64,000 nucleotides of DNA from an uncultured Spirochaetota bacterium (GTDB lineage Bacteria; Spirochaetota; Spirochaetia; SZUA-6; Fen-1364). The position numbers and the translations under genes were made by a program. The notes beneath the pieces are model-generated. The model was not told the origin of the DNA. It saw only the letters and a program-made list of their open reading frames with translations, and made no database searches. Shown one piece after another: positions 29,529 through 39,406 of this stretch (position 1 is the first letter of the stretch; each line of letters opens with the position of its first letter). Location of the stretch: the NCBI GenBank assembly GCA_963820525.1, contig CAWGAA010000001.1, positions 928,001 to 992,000 on the forward strand. The letters run 5' to 3'.

Positions 29529-30188
29529 ATGCTCAATCCTTTGCGAAGGTTGATGTCCCTGACGAGATCCGCGGCTCCGCGGTACGGCGCGAGCTTCTTC
29601 AGAGAGGATTGGTTTCGGAATTGGGAGGAATTGAAACATGTGCTGTCGTCATTGCTCCTGGCACGATCCGACTGGCGTCGAATTTTGGATTTTGGCTGCG
29701 GACCGGGCGTCATGATCGACTTCATGAACGATCGAGAAGTCGATTATTGGGGGTACGACCCTTCTGCCGAGGCTCGGGAGTTGTACATGACGCGATACGG
29801 ACGCTACCCTGACAAATATCTGACCGTTCTGCCCGAGAGGCCCTTTGATGTTCTGGTGTCTTTTGACGTTTTCGAGCACATGACTGACGGTCAAATAGCC
29901 GAGATGCTTCGCCGCACGGCTCATATTCCTTTTTTCTTCGTCAACATCAGTCGTGCAGAGGGGATCCCGGGCCACATCAATCTTAAAAGCGACAGCGCAT
30001 GGTGCAAGTTATTCGCCGCTCACGGCCGCGTCTATGACGGGGTTTCGACAACGCAAATGCGGGAGAAATATCGAAGCATTCGTCCCCTGACCCCGGATGA
30101 ATGGAACCGGAACATGTTTGTATTTCATGGCATTGAAGAGAGTTCCCCGCGAGAGAAGCCGCACCGGGATTTCAAAAGGCGTTTTTAA
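29529..30188 (+). CDS. Class I SAM-dependent methyltransferase
   Basis: ILDFGCGPG, FDVFEHM, GHINLK. Confidence 0.85.
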   Translation: MLNPLRRLMSLTRSAAPRYGASFFREDWFRNWEELKHVLSSLLLARSDWRRILDFGCGPGVMIDFMNDREVDYWGYDPSAEARELYMTRYGRYPDKYLTVLPERPFDVLVSFDVFEHMTDGQIAEMLRRTAHIPFFFVNISRAEGIPGHINLKSDSAWCKLFAAHGRVYDGVSTTQMREKYRSIRPLTPDEWNRNMFVFHGIEESSPREKPHRDFKRRF

Positions 30189-30201
30189 CGAAAGGCCTCC
30201 A

Positions 30202-30995
30202 ATGTTTCAGCGGTCACCCGAGAGTTTTCATCTGCAACCGGCCGTCCTTGAAAGAATTTATCCGATCCGGTATCGCCGATTGCCCGGATAACGGATCTCA
30301 TTCCTGAAGGCGCCACCGTTCTCGACATCGGCGCCGGGAACGGCATCCTTGCGCACGGTCTCGCTTTTCGAGGGAGAAAGGCGGTGATTGACGGCGTGGA
30401 GCCGGTCTCCGCCGCCGCCGCCTTGGCAGCGCCGCATTACCGACGGATATACCAGCTAACGATGGAGGAAGCCTTTCCTCACATCGAGCTCGGCGTCTAT
30501 GACGTGGTGGTAATGGCGGATGTGCTCGAGCACATGCCGGATCCCCTGTCAGGTTTGACCCGAGTTGCCAAGGGCATGCGGCAGAACGCGCGTCTGATTG
30601 CCAGCATGCCGAATATCGCATTCGGGGCGATTGCCCTTGAGCTTCTGCGCGGACGTTTTGAATACCGAGACCTTGGTCTCATGGATCGGACTCACGTGAG
30701 GTTTTTCACCCGCGATGGAGTTCTTCAACTCTTTTCGGAGGCCGGCATGCACGTGCAGCTGCTCTGCCACCTTGTTCGCGCGCTTCCCTCAATGGAGATT
30801 CCGGTCCGTCCGGGCCCCCTCTCATGGCTTTTGCTTCCATGGCTCAGCGCGCGCCTGGATTCATCAACCTATCAGCATATCGTCGTGGCGGGCAAGGAGC
30901 CGTCGTCAATGGAAACCCGTGTATACAGGGACGGAAGTCGAACCAAGCGGCTCCGTCAAACCTTGGCCGTCTATTTCCCCTTCCTGCGGCTGTAG
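30202..30995 (+). pseudogene. Class I SAM methyltransferase with an apparent 1-bp deletion at about 30251-30253
   Basis: The ATG 30202 frame reads MFQRSPESFHLQPAVLE; the SAM motif VLDIGAGNG, ADVLEH and THVRFFT are in another frame blocked by TGA at 30249; one extra A in GAAAGAAT would join them. Confidence 0.75.
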
Positions 30996-31031
30996 GGCTG
31001 CGAATGGCGCCACGATGAAAAGGACAAAGGA

Positions 31032-31928
31032 GTGATCCGCACGAAAGGAATCATTCTCGCAGGAGGGTCGGGCACCCGACTCTATCCCGCAACACGAGTT
31101 GTCTGCAAGCAACTGCTCCCCGTGTACGACAAGCCGATGGTCCACTACCCGCTCTCGACCCTCATGCTTGCCGGCGTCCGCGAGATTCTCATCATCTCTA
31201 CGCCCGCGGATCTGCCGCGGTTCCAAGATCTTTTCGGCACGGGCGAGCAGCTCGGGCTTACGTTCTCCTACGCGGTCCAGGAGAGCCCGAGAGGCCTTGC
31301 GGACGCCTTCCGGGTGGGAGCGCGGTTCATCGGCTCCGACAGAGTCTGCCTCGTGCTCGGCGACAATATCTTCTTTGGGCACGGGCTTCCGGAAATGCTT
31401 CGCGATGCCGCCGGGCAGGCGGAGGGGGCAACGGTGTTCGGATATTTCGTGAACGATCCGCAGCGCTACGGGGTCGTGGAGTTCGATCCGTCGTTCAACG
31501 TGCTTTCGATAGAAGAGAAGCCGGCAAAACCCAAATCGAGCTATGCCGTGGTCGGGCTCTACTTCTACGACAACGAAGTGGTTCGCATTGCGCGCGACCT
31601 GAAACCCTCCGCCCGGGGCGAGCTTGAGATCACCGACGTGAATAGGCAGTACCTGGAAATGGGGAAGCTTCGCTGCAAGCTCATGGGGCGCGGGTTTGCG
31701 TGGCTCGATACGGGTACCCATGCTTCTCTTGTCGACGCGACGCTTTTCATCAAGACGATTGAGGATAGGCAGGGACTCAAGGTATCGTGCATCGAGGAAA
31801 TCGCCTACCAGATGGGCTACATCGACGCCGCGCAGCTGCGCAGGCTTGCCGAACCGCTGCGAAGCTCCGGCTACGGGGAGTATCTCCTTCGGATCCTCGA
31901 ACAGACTCCCACGAACTCCGGGGGATGA
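31032..31928 (+). CDS. rfbA: Glucose-1-phosphate thymidylyltransferase
   Basis: [42 protein letters not shown]. Confidence 0.97.
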   Translation: MIRTKGIILAGGSGTRLYPATRVVCKQLLPVYDKPMVHYPLSTLMLAGVREILIISTPADLPRFQDLFGTGEQLGLTFSYAVQESPRGLADAFRVGARFIGSDRVCLVLGDNIFFGHGLPEMLRDAAGQAEGATVFGYFVNDPQRYGVVEFDPSFNVLSIEEKPAKPKSSYAVVGLYFYDNEVVRIARDLKPSARGELEITDVNRQYLEMGKLRCKLMGRGFAWLDTGTHASLVDATLFIKTIEDRQGLKVSCIEEIAYQMGYIDAAQLRRLAEPLRSSGYGEYLLRILEQTPTNSGG

Positions 31929-31932
31929 CCGC

Positions 31933-32496
31933 GTGCCATTCGTCTTCACGCCTGCCGGCCTGCCCGGCATCGTTATCGTTCAGCCCCAGGCATTCCTCGA
32001 TGGCCGCGGTTTCTTCATCGAAAGCTACAAGGAAAGCGAGTTCCATGAGGCGGGCATCACCGGCCGTTTCGTGCAGGACAATCACTCCTTCTCGGTTCGG
32101 GGCGTGCTCAGGGGGCTGCATTATCAGCTACCCCCCTTCGCGCAGGGCAAGCTCGTGGGGGTATTCGAAGGGCGTGTGTGGGACGTCACAGTCGACATCC
32201 GCCCTGATTCTCCCGCCTTTTGCAAGTGGTATGGGATCGAGCTTTCAGCGCAGGATCACCGGATGCTTTACATCCCGCCAGGCTTCGCGCACGGGTTCGT
32301 CGCTTTGACCAATCAAGCGCAGCTCTTCTACAAGTGCACTGCTGAATACCGCAAGGAGTGCGAAGCCGGGATTCGGTGGAATGATCCTACCATAGGAATT
32401 ACCTGGCCCCTCAACGACGTGATCGTATCCGAGCGCGATCGCACGCTGCCCCTCATTTCGCAAGCCTCCATCTTTCCGCCCGGGTGCTCGACATGA
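31933..32496 (+). CDS. rfbC: dTDP-4-dehydrorhamnose 3,5-epimerase
   Basis: DGRGFFIES, FVQDNHS, GVLRGLHYQ, PGFAHGF, GIRWNDP. Confidence 0.95.
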   Translation: MPFVFTPAGLPGIVIVQPQAFLDGRGFFIESYKESEFHEAGITGRFVQDNHSFSVRGVLRGLHYQLPPFAQGKLVGVFEGRVWDVTVDIRPDSPAFCKWYGIELSAQDHRMLYIPPGFAHGFVALTNQAQLFYKCTAEYRKECEAGIRWNDPTIGITWPLNDVIVSERDRTLPLISQASIFPPGCST

Positions 32497-33368
32497 TATG
32501 GGTTGTCGGCGCCCGGGGGATGCTCGGGCACGACGTTGCTCGGCGGTTCGATGCGCGCGGGCTCGCACACGTCGACAGCGACCTCGACTGCGACGTTACC
32601 GATCCCGCGTCCGTGAGCCGCTTTCCCGTCGGTCGGCCGATAGAGTGGATCGTCAACTGCTCGGCGTATGCCGCGGTAGACATGGCCGAAGAGGAAGAAG
32701 CAAAAGCGGATGCGGTTAACGCGCTTGGCCCCGCGAACCTCGGCCGCGTGGCCGCAGAGCTCAGCGCTCGCATCATCCACATTTCAACCGACTACGTTTT
32801 CGACGGCGGGGAAACATCCCCCTATACCGAAGAGCACCCGCCTGCTCCGCTGGGGGCGTACGGCAGGACCAAGGCGCGGGGCGAGAAGCTTCTCGCGGAT
32901 GCTGCGCCCGCGCATTTCATCGTCAGGACGGCATGGCTCTACGGCGTTCGCGGCCATAACTTCGTCCTCACCATGCTCCGCCTGATGAACGAACGCGACG
33001 AGGTGTCAATCGTCGACGACCAGCGCGGTTGTCCAACCTACACCCGGGACCTCGCCGCTGCCCTTTGCGCGATTATCGACGCGGACTCTCGCGCCTACGG
33101 CATATACCATTACGCCAATGAAGGCGAGACGACCTGGTACCAATTCGCTCGCGCAATCTATGAGGTGGGACGAACCCACGGGCGCATTACCCACGCCTGC
33201 GAACTTCGCCCCATCACGACCGATCGCTACCCGACGAGGGCGGTCCGTCCGATGTATTCAGTGCTCTCGAAGGCCAAAATCAAGCAGACCTTTGGCATCT
33301 CTGTCCCCATCTGGCAGGACGCTCTTGAGCGCTTCTTCGCCGAACTCGAGGGGGAGGATTCGACGTGA
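32493..33368 (+). CDS. rfbD: dTDP-4-dehydrorhamnose reductase
   Basis: GARGMLG, ISTDYVFDG, YGRTK, DQRGCPT. Confidence 0.95.
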   Translation: MIWVVGARGMLGHDVARRFDARGLAHVDSDLDCDVTDPASVSRFPVGRPIEWIVNCSAYAAVDMAEEEEAKADAVNALGPANLGRVAAELSARIIHISTDYVFDGGETSPYTEEHPPAPLGAYGRTKARGEKLLADAAPAHFIVRTAWLYGVRGHNFVLTMLRLMNERDEVSIVDDQRGCPTYTRDLAAALCAIIDADSRAYGIYHYANEGETTWYQFARAIYEVGRTHGRITHACELRPITTDRYPTRAVRPMYSVLSKAKIKQTFGISVPIWQDALERFFAELEGEDST

Positions 33369-34450
33369 GCCAAAACCGCGTCTTCCACAACCTGCTGGTC
33401 ACCGGGGGAGCCGGCTTCATTGGAACCAACTTCATACGCTACCTCTTCAGGCGGACCGGGTTCAGCGGCCGGATCATCAATCTCGACAAGCTCACCTATG
33501 CGGGCAACCCCGCGAACCTCACCGATATCGCGGCGGAGCTAGGCGAGCGGTACAGGTTCGCTCAGGCGGATATCTGCGACACCGATGCGGTGCGCACGAT
33601 CTTTGAAAGCCATGAAATCGACGCCGTCGTTCACTTCGCTGCCGAAAGCCATGTGGACCGCTCGATACTCGGGCCACGGGAGTTCATGAATACGAACGCC
33701 CTTGGCACCTTCACGCTTCTCGAGGCGGCTCGCGCGGCCTGGAAAGGGCGGCGCGACGTGCTTTTCCATCACGTGAGCACCGATGAAGTTTACGGCTCGC
33801 TCGGTCTGGAAGGGCGCTTCATCGAAACCAGCCCGTACGCCCCGCGCAGCCCTTACGCCGCCTCCAAGGCGGCCTCCGACCATCTCGTGCGCGCGTTCCA
33901 TCACACCTACGGCCTCCCATTCACGCTTTCCAACTGCTCGAACAACTATGGCCCCTATCAATTCCCCGAAAAGCTCATACCGCTCATGATTCTCAATATG
34001 CTTGAAGAAAAGAGCCTCCCGGTCTACGGCGAGGGAAAGAACGTCCGCGACTGGCTCCATGTCGAGGATCACGCCTCCGCCATATGGACCATCATGACGC
34101 GGGCAGACATCGGACAGACGTACAATGTCGGCGGGGAGACCGAGCGGCGGAACATCGACCTCGTTCGTCAGCTCTGCGAGATTGTCGCCGAGGAGACCGG
34201 CAAGGCTGCTTCGACCTTCACGGCCCTCATACGGTTCGTCGCCGATCGCCCGGGCCATGACCTGCGGTATTCAATAGACTGCTCAAAGCTCAAGCGCGAT
34301 CTGGGCTGGTCGCACGCGCTTGGAATCGATGAGGGCCTGAGGCACACCGTTCGATGGTACCTCGCGCACCGCGACTGGGCAGAAAGTGTGCGAACGGGCG
34401 AATACCGCCGGTGGATCGACAAGAACTATACGGGCATGAGACGGACGTAG
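33365..34450 (+). CDS. rfbB: dTDP-glucose 4,6-dehydratase
   Basis: TGGAGFIG, DKLTYAGN, HFAAESHVDRSI, STDEVYG, DRPGHDLRY. Confidence 0.97.
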   Translation: MSQNRVFHNLLVTGGAGFIGTNFIRYLFRRTGFSGRIINLDKLTYAGNPANLTDIAAELGERYRFAQADICDTDAVRTIFESHEIDAVVHFAAESHVDRSILGPREFMNTNALGTFTLLEAARAAWKGRRDVLFHHVSTDEVYGSLGLEGRFIETSPYAPRSPYAASKAASDHLVRAFHHTYGLPFTLSNCSNNYGPYQFPEKLIPLMILNMLEEKSLPVYGEGKNVRDWLHVEDHASAIWTIMTRADIGQTYNVGGETERRNIDLVRQLCEIVAEETGKAASTFTALIRFVADRPGHDLRYSIDCSKLKRDLGWSHALGIDEGLRHTVRWYLAHRDWAESVRTGEYRRWIDKNYTGMRRT

Positions 34451-34499
34451 ACGAGAGCGGCTGCGCAGATACCGGGCATTCGGCAGGCGAAGGCATACA

Positions 34500-35564
34500 A
34501 TGAGAAAACCCAAGATCAGCGTTCTCATGCCGGTCTACAACTGCGAAAAGTACCTTCGGCAGGCGATGGAGAGTGTCCTAAGACAGTCGTATCGCGACTT
34601 CGAGCTTATCGTTGTGAGCGATGGCTCACGGGATTCAAGCCTGAGCATCGCTCGGTCGTTCACGGACGCCCGCATACGGATAGTCGAGAACCCCAGGAAC
34701 ATGGGGATATCGGCCTCCAGAAATCGCGCTCTTGCCGAGTCCAGGGGGCGCTACATCGCCTGGCTGGACAGCGACGACATCGCCCTGGAAAACCGGCTTG
34801 AAAGACAGGCGGAGGCGCTGGATTCCAATCCCGATGCGGGGCTGTGTCATTCGAATTTCGCGGAAATAGACGAGACGGGCAAGGTCGTCAAGAATCCATG
34901 GAACACGGGCCCGACTCTGCCCACGGAATGGTTGATGCTGTGGACGAATCCGATAGCGCAGTCAACCGTGATGCTGAGGAAATCCCTCCTCGAAGGCGGG
35001 GCGTCTCCCTACAACGGGGAGTGCGATCCGGCCGAGGACTACGATCTCTGGACGCGCCTTTGCATGCGTACGAACATATCCTATATGCATGACGTGCTCG
35101 TTTGCTATCGCAGCGTTCAGACAAGCGCGTTCCACAAAAACTCAAAAAGAGCGCTCCTGAAGTCAATACAATCAAATGAAAGATATGTACAACTCCTGAT
35201 GGGCGAAGCCGTGCCATCCTTTCATAAATACCTCACCTCTTTCGGAGGGGCTCTCGAGTCGGCCATGGAAAGCGTCAGTGCGGGAGCGCTCAAAGAGTGG
35301 TATGTTTCCGCCGGTGCCGCCCTGGCGAAGAGAAAGAACTGGAGCGGGGATACGGCTGCGCAGATAGCGCGGGATATCCAGAGAAGAATGGTGGGGCTGT
35401 TGAGTGAAGAGCCCCGGATCTACTACGCTTCGGGGACGAGAGCAAGCGTTTTCAAAGAAAGCCCTCTCCTGTTCATGAAGCTGCAAATGGGATGGTGGCA
35501 AAAGGGGCTGCGCCATGCGGCGAAGGCCGTACTCAAACCTCGTTCGCGGCGGAACAAAGACTGA
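34500..35564 (+). CDS. GT2 glycosyltransferase
   Basis: SVLMPVYN, SDGSRD, WLDSDD, AEDYDLW. Confidence 0.9.
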   Translation: MRKPKISVLMPVYNCEKYLRQAMESVLRQSYRDFELIVVSDGSRDSSLSIARSFTDARIRIVENPRNMGISASRNRALAESRGRYIAWLDSDDIALENRLERQAEALDSNPDAGLCHSNFAEIDETGKVVKNPWNTGPTLPTEWLMLWTNPIAQSTVMLRKSLLEGGASPYNGECDPAEDYDLWTRLCMRTNISYMHDVLVCYRSVQTSAFHKNSKRALLKSIQSNERYVQLLMGEAVPSFHKYLTSFGGALESAMESVSAGALKEWYVSAGAALAKRKNWSGDTAAQIARDIQRRMVGLLSEEPRIYYASGTRASVFKESPLLFMKLQMGWWQKGLRHAAKAVLKPRSRRNKD

Positions 35565-35587
35565 ATACGTCTTGTGCATCCTTTCAT

Positions 35588-36790
35588 ATGGTGATTCTTC
35601 GAAAAGCCAAATGGGTGCTCTATTGGGCCAAAATCTTGAGCTTCTATCTGCTTGGCCGCCTTGTCCGGATGGTCCCCAGGGAGAACAAGAGCATCGTCCT
35701 CATGGGGGATGTAAACTATACCGGGGGAACCTTTGTCTATTTCGTGAACCTCATCGATCTCCTTGGCTCGGAAGGATTCAGCGTCTCGATTCTGATTCCA
35801 CGAAGATGCTATGCAAAACCCATAGCGAGCATCGCCCGACAAAAGAGCGCGAAACTGTTTGTGATCCCGGACCGGTACCCCTTTTACGAATATCTTGCCG
35901 CTCTTTGGCGGGTCTGCGTGCTTCGAGCGGCGCGTGTCATCGTATCCGCCAGCGGACCTGGCACACACACGATGGCAATCCTTTGGAGCATCCCCACCAT
36001 CCACATACTGCATTCCGTTACCGGGCTGAGCCTCGGAGCAAGGTCTCGACGGCTGATTGAATGGTTTTTCCGGGAACCGCATCGGATGGTGGGGGTCTCA
36101 AGGATGACGCGAGACTCAATCATACGGTATTTCACTATTCCGCGCGAACGGCAGCACCTGGTCTCCCTTATCTACAACGGAGTGCCCGACTTCCGGCGGG
36201 ATTCTGAAAGAGAAGCCGCAGATCAGGATACAATTGTGACCGTTGGGCACGTCGTCGACTACAAGAATCCTTCAACGTGGCTGCGCACTGCTCGGTATGT
36301 CATCAGTCGGGCCAAGAAAAAGACGACGTTCATTTGGGCAGGCGATGGTCCGGAATTGGCTCACTATCGCAGCGAGGCTGAAGGGTGCGAACAGATCTCC
36401 TTCATCGGCCATTCGAATGATGTGGCGTCTCTCCTGAGGGGAGCGCGGGTGTACTACCAACCATCCCACATGGAAAGCTTCGGGCTCGTTGTGGCGCAGG
36501 CGATGAGCATTGGGATGCCGTGCGTGGTGAGCGATCGCGGAGGGCTGCCGGAACTGGTCATGGACGGAAAAAATGGATTTGTCTTCAAGAGCGACGATTT
36601 CATTGCCCATGGCAATGCCATCATCCGCCTCCTGGAGAACGAGAAGCTCAGAGCGGCCATGTCCCGCCAATCGAGAAGGCTCTATCTGGAGAAATTCACC
36701 CTCACGAGGTGGAGACGCGAGATATTGAGCGTGATCGCAGGAAACGCGCGGCGGTCTCCCCCATTGCGAGCGAAAGGGGCAACGAGTTGA
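35588..36790 (+). CDS. GT4 glycosyltransferase
   Basis: IYNGV, GDGPE, PSHMESFGLVVAQAM, GGLPELV; start uncertain. Confidence 0.87.
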   Translation: MVILRKAKWVLYWAKILSFYLLGRLVRMVPRENKSIVLMGDVNYTGGTFVYFVNLIDLLGSEGFSVSILIPRRCYAKPIASIARQKSAKLFVIPDRYPFYEYLAALWRVCVLRAARVIVSASGPGTHTMAILWSIPTIHILHSVTGLSLGARSRRLIEWFFREPHRMVGVSRMTRDSIIRYFTIPRERQHLVSLIYNGVPDFRRDSEREAADQDTIVTVGHVVDYKNPSTWLRTARYVISRAKKKTTFIWAGDGPELAHYRSEAEGCEQISFIGHSNDVASLLRGARVYYQPSHMESFGLVVAQAMSIGMPCVVSDRGGLPELVMDGKNGFVFKSDDFIAHGNAIIRLLENEKLRAAMSRQSRRLYLEKFTLTRWRREILSVIAGNARRSPPLRAKGATS

Positions 36791-37689
36791 GCGCCACCGG
36801 TTTTCTCATCAGGAGCCTTCCTTTTGCGGTCGAAAACGATATTGCATGGAGACTCAACCTCCGGCTCCACAGACGGCCGTCGAGCGCGCCGTTCCTGAGC
36901 GGTGACACGTTTCGCTGCAAGGCCGATCTGGTCATCGAGGAGGACGAGGAGTTCTCATATCGAAGCGCGGATGGACAGCAGCTTGTGTTCTGCGCCTCGG
37001 AGCTCGCCGCCGATTTTCTCACCTCCAAGAGGCTTTCTCGGGACTTCGTTCTCATCGTTCACCACGGAGACAAAAACATAGGCGATGACTTTCTCGCAAA
37101 GCTCGATACGAGCAGCTGCAGCCATTGTTTCGCCCAGAATTGCCTCGTGAAAGACCCGCGGATCACTCCCCTACCGATAGGTCTGGAAGATCAGTGGCAT
37201 CACCAGCATGGGCACGTAAAAGACTTCACGAGACTCAGGAAAAAAACGGCGGATAAAATCCCTCGAATTGCATGGGGCTTCAGCCTGCACACGAACCCGG
37301 ACGGGCGCTGGCCCTGTTACCGAGCTCTGTGGAAGAATCCCGTTGCGGTGAGCTTGCCCGAGGGCCTCAACAGCAGGCTCTACCACAAGTCCATATACCC
37401 ATACATGTTCATGGCGTCTCCCCCGGGAAATGGCGAAGACTGCTATCGCACATGGGAAGCCCTGTACCTTCGAATCGTTCCCATCGTGAAGCGATCCGTG
37501 ATGACTGAGTTCTTCGCATCTCTCGGATTGCCAATGGTTCTTGTCGACGATTGGAGAGAGATCACGTCCTGGGATGAAAGCTATTTGGTGGAAATATACC
37601 AGAGACTTGCCCCCGGCTTCGACTCGGCGGCGCTCTGGCTTCCGTATTGGGAAACGCTGTTCCGCAGACATCTGGAAAGCGCATGGTAA
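36787..37689 (+). CDS. Exostosin/GT47-like GT-B protein, paralog 1
   Basis: SGDTFR, HHGD, FAQN, LPIGLE, ASPPGNGEDCYRTWEALYLRIVPIV. Confidence 0.65.
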   Translation: MSATGFLIRSLPFAVENDIAWRLNLRLHRRPSSAPFLSGDTFRCKADLVIEEDEEFSYRSADGQQLVFCASELAADFLTSKRLSRDFVLIVHHGDKNIGDDFLAKLDTSSCSHCFAQNCLVKDPRITPLPIGLEDQWHHQHGHVKDFTRLRKKTADKIPRIAWGFSLHTNPDGRWPCYRALWKNPVAVSLPEGLNSRLYHKSIYPYMFMASPPGNGEDCYRTWEALYLRIVPIVKRSVMTEFFASLGLPMVLVDDWREITSWDESYLVEIYQRLAPGFDSAALWLPYWETLFRRHLESAW

Positions 37690-38507
37690 GAGCATCCCGG
37701 TATCACCTAAAAAAGAAAGCCATACTCGATCATCTCGGGGATGGATGGCGCCGCCGCAGCATGGACATCGATGTGCTCATTCCGACCACGGGGAAGGACT
37801 CGACGTGCTTGAGAAATACAATAGAGGCGGCGCGGAAATATTTGAGGCATCGGATTCAGGGAATCTATCTCGTCTACGATGAGCGTCCAAAACTGGCGGC
37901 TTTGCCGAGTCCGAATGATCTCATCCTGCTGAACGAGCGTGAGATAGCGCCGATAGACAGATCCCGCGTCATCTACAAGCCCCGGGGGGTTGATCGTTCC
38001 GGATGGCTCTATCAGCAGCTCATCAAGCTCTCGTGCGACGAGATTTGCAGAACAGAGCATATACTGGCGCTGGACGCGGATACAGTCTTGACGCGCCCGC
38101 AGCGCTTGATCGTGGAAGGGAAAGTTGTTTTTAGCGTCTCGGATGAAAGATATCAGCCGTACTACGCCATGATCGAAAGGCTTCTGCCAGGGACTCCCAT
38201 ATTTCCCTTTTCATTCGTCTCCCACCACATGATGTTCAAGAAGGAGCATCTCCGCGAGCTGAAAGAGACAATTCAGCTCTGCGGAAAGAAATGGTTCGAG
38301 GCAATCCTGGAAAAGATCGACCCGGACGAAGTGTCGGGCTTTTCCGAATACGAGCTCTACGGGAATTATGTGATGTCACGTCATCCGGACGGTGTCAGCG
38401 TTGAACATTCGCTCAATCAGGGCTTTTCCGCCAGGCGAATCGCCCGGCTCTGGTACATCAAGCTTCGCCACCCTCTCATCAAGTCGGCGTCTTTCCATAA
38501 GAGGTGA
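37683..38507 (+). CDS. DUF6492-like putative GT-A protein
   Basis: RSGWLYQQLIKL, LDADTV, FVSHHMMF, GFSEYELYG. Confidence 0.7.
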   Translation: MVRASRYHLKKKAILDHLGDGWRRRSMDIDVLIPTTGKDSTCLRNTIEAARKYLRHRIQGIYLVYDERPKLAALPSPNDLILLNEREIAPIDRSRVIYKPRGVDRSGWLYQQLIKLSCDEICRTEHILALDADTVLTRPQRLIVEGKVVFSVSDERYQPYYAMIERLLPGTPIFPFSFVSHHMMFKKEHLRELKETIQLCGKKWFEAILEKIDPDEVSGFSEYELYGNYVMSRHPDGVSVEHSLNQGFSARRIARLWYIKLRHPLIKSASFHKR

Positions 38508-39406
38508 TGAGACAGGTGCGTCTCAAGAACATTCCCTTCCGGGTCGAGTCGTCATGCGTTCGGGCTTGGTATAGGGCGACAGGACTGCGGCCCGGAAGCG
38601 CTCCCTTTGTCAGCGGAGATTCCTTTCGCGCTATCTCGGACCATGTCGTAGAAAAGCGGCACGGGCTCGATCCAACCCGCGTTCGAAAAGGGGATGTGGT
38701 TTTTGTCGAAGCGTGGCAGCTCTCTTCATTTGCGGAGTCCTGCCTTCCCAGAATCCGTGAACCGTTCGTGCTCATTACCCATAATGGAGACCTCAACATC
38801 GACAAATCCTTTCTTCCCGTGGCAGAGGATAGAAGAATTATGCGCTGGTTCGCGCAGAACGCGCTCCTCAGACATCCAAAAGTGATTGCCGTACCGATCG
38901 GGCTAGAGAACCGGTTCCACCATTGCAACGGAGTTGTCAACGATTACGAAAAGGTCGCCCGAGGGCGCTCTCAAAAATCCATGCGGATACTCTATGGATT
39001 CACCGTCGGTACGAACGAAAAAGAGAGGAAGCCTGCTTTCGAAGCACTTCGAGCTTCCTCCCTGACGGACCATGGGGAACGAACCAACAGCCGGGAGTAT
39101 CGATTCCGCCTCGAGCGCTACGCGTTCGTTGCCTCGCCGCCAGGCAACGGTGAAGACTGCCATCGCACCTGGGAAGGGCTCTATTTGCGCGTCGTTCCCA
39201 TCGTCAAGCGCTCCGTTCTGTATGAATCCTTCCCCGGGCTCCCCGTTCTTGAGATTGGTGACTGGGCTGAGATCAAGGCCTGGGATGCATCTTTTCTCTC
39301 CACAATCTATGGAGAATTGTCGCATCGGATAGAGTCGACCCCGTATCTCCGGTTTGACTATTGGGCGGACCTGATACATCGCGCCCGTTCGGGCGATCCG
39401 TCGTGA
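38507..39406 (+). CDS. Exostosin/GT47-like GT-B protein, paralog 2
   Basis: SGDSFR, THNGD, WFAQN, VPIGLEN, ASPPGNGEDCHRTWEGLYLRVVPIV. Confidence 0.65.
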   Translation: MRQVRLKNIPFRVESSCVRAWYRATGLRPGSAPFVSGDSFRAISDHVVEKRHGLDPTRVRKGDVVFVEAWQLSSFAESCLPRIREPFVLITHNGDLNIDKSFLPVAEDRRIMRWFAQNALLRHPKVIAVPIGLENRFHHCNGVVNDYEKVARGRSQKSMRILYGFTVGTNEKERKPAFEALRASSLTDHGERTNSREYRFRLERYAFVASPPGNGEDCHRTWEGLYLRVVPIVKRSVLYESFPGLPVLEIGDWAEIKAWDASFLSTIYGELSHRIESTPYLRFDYWADLIHRARSGDPS

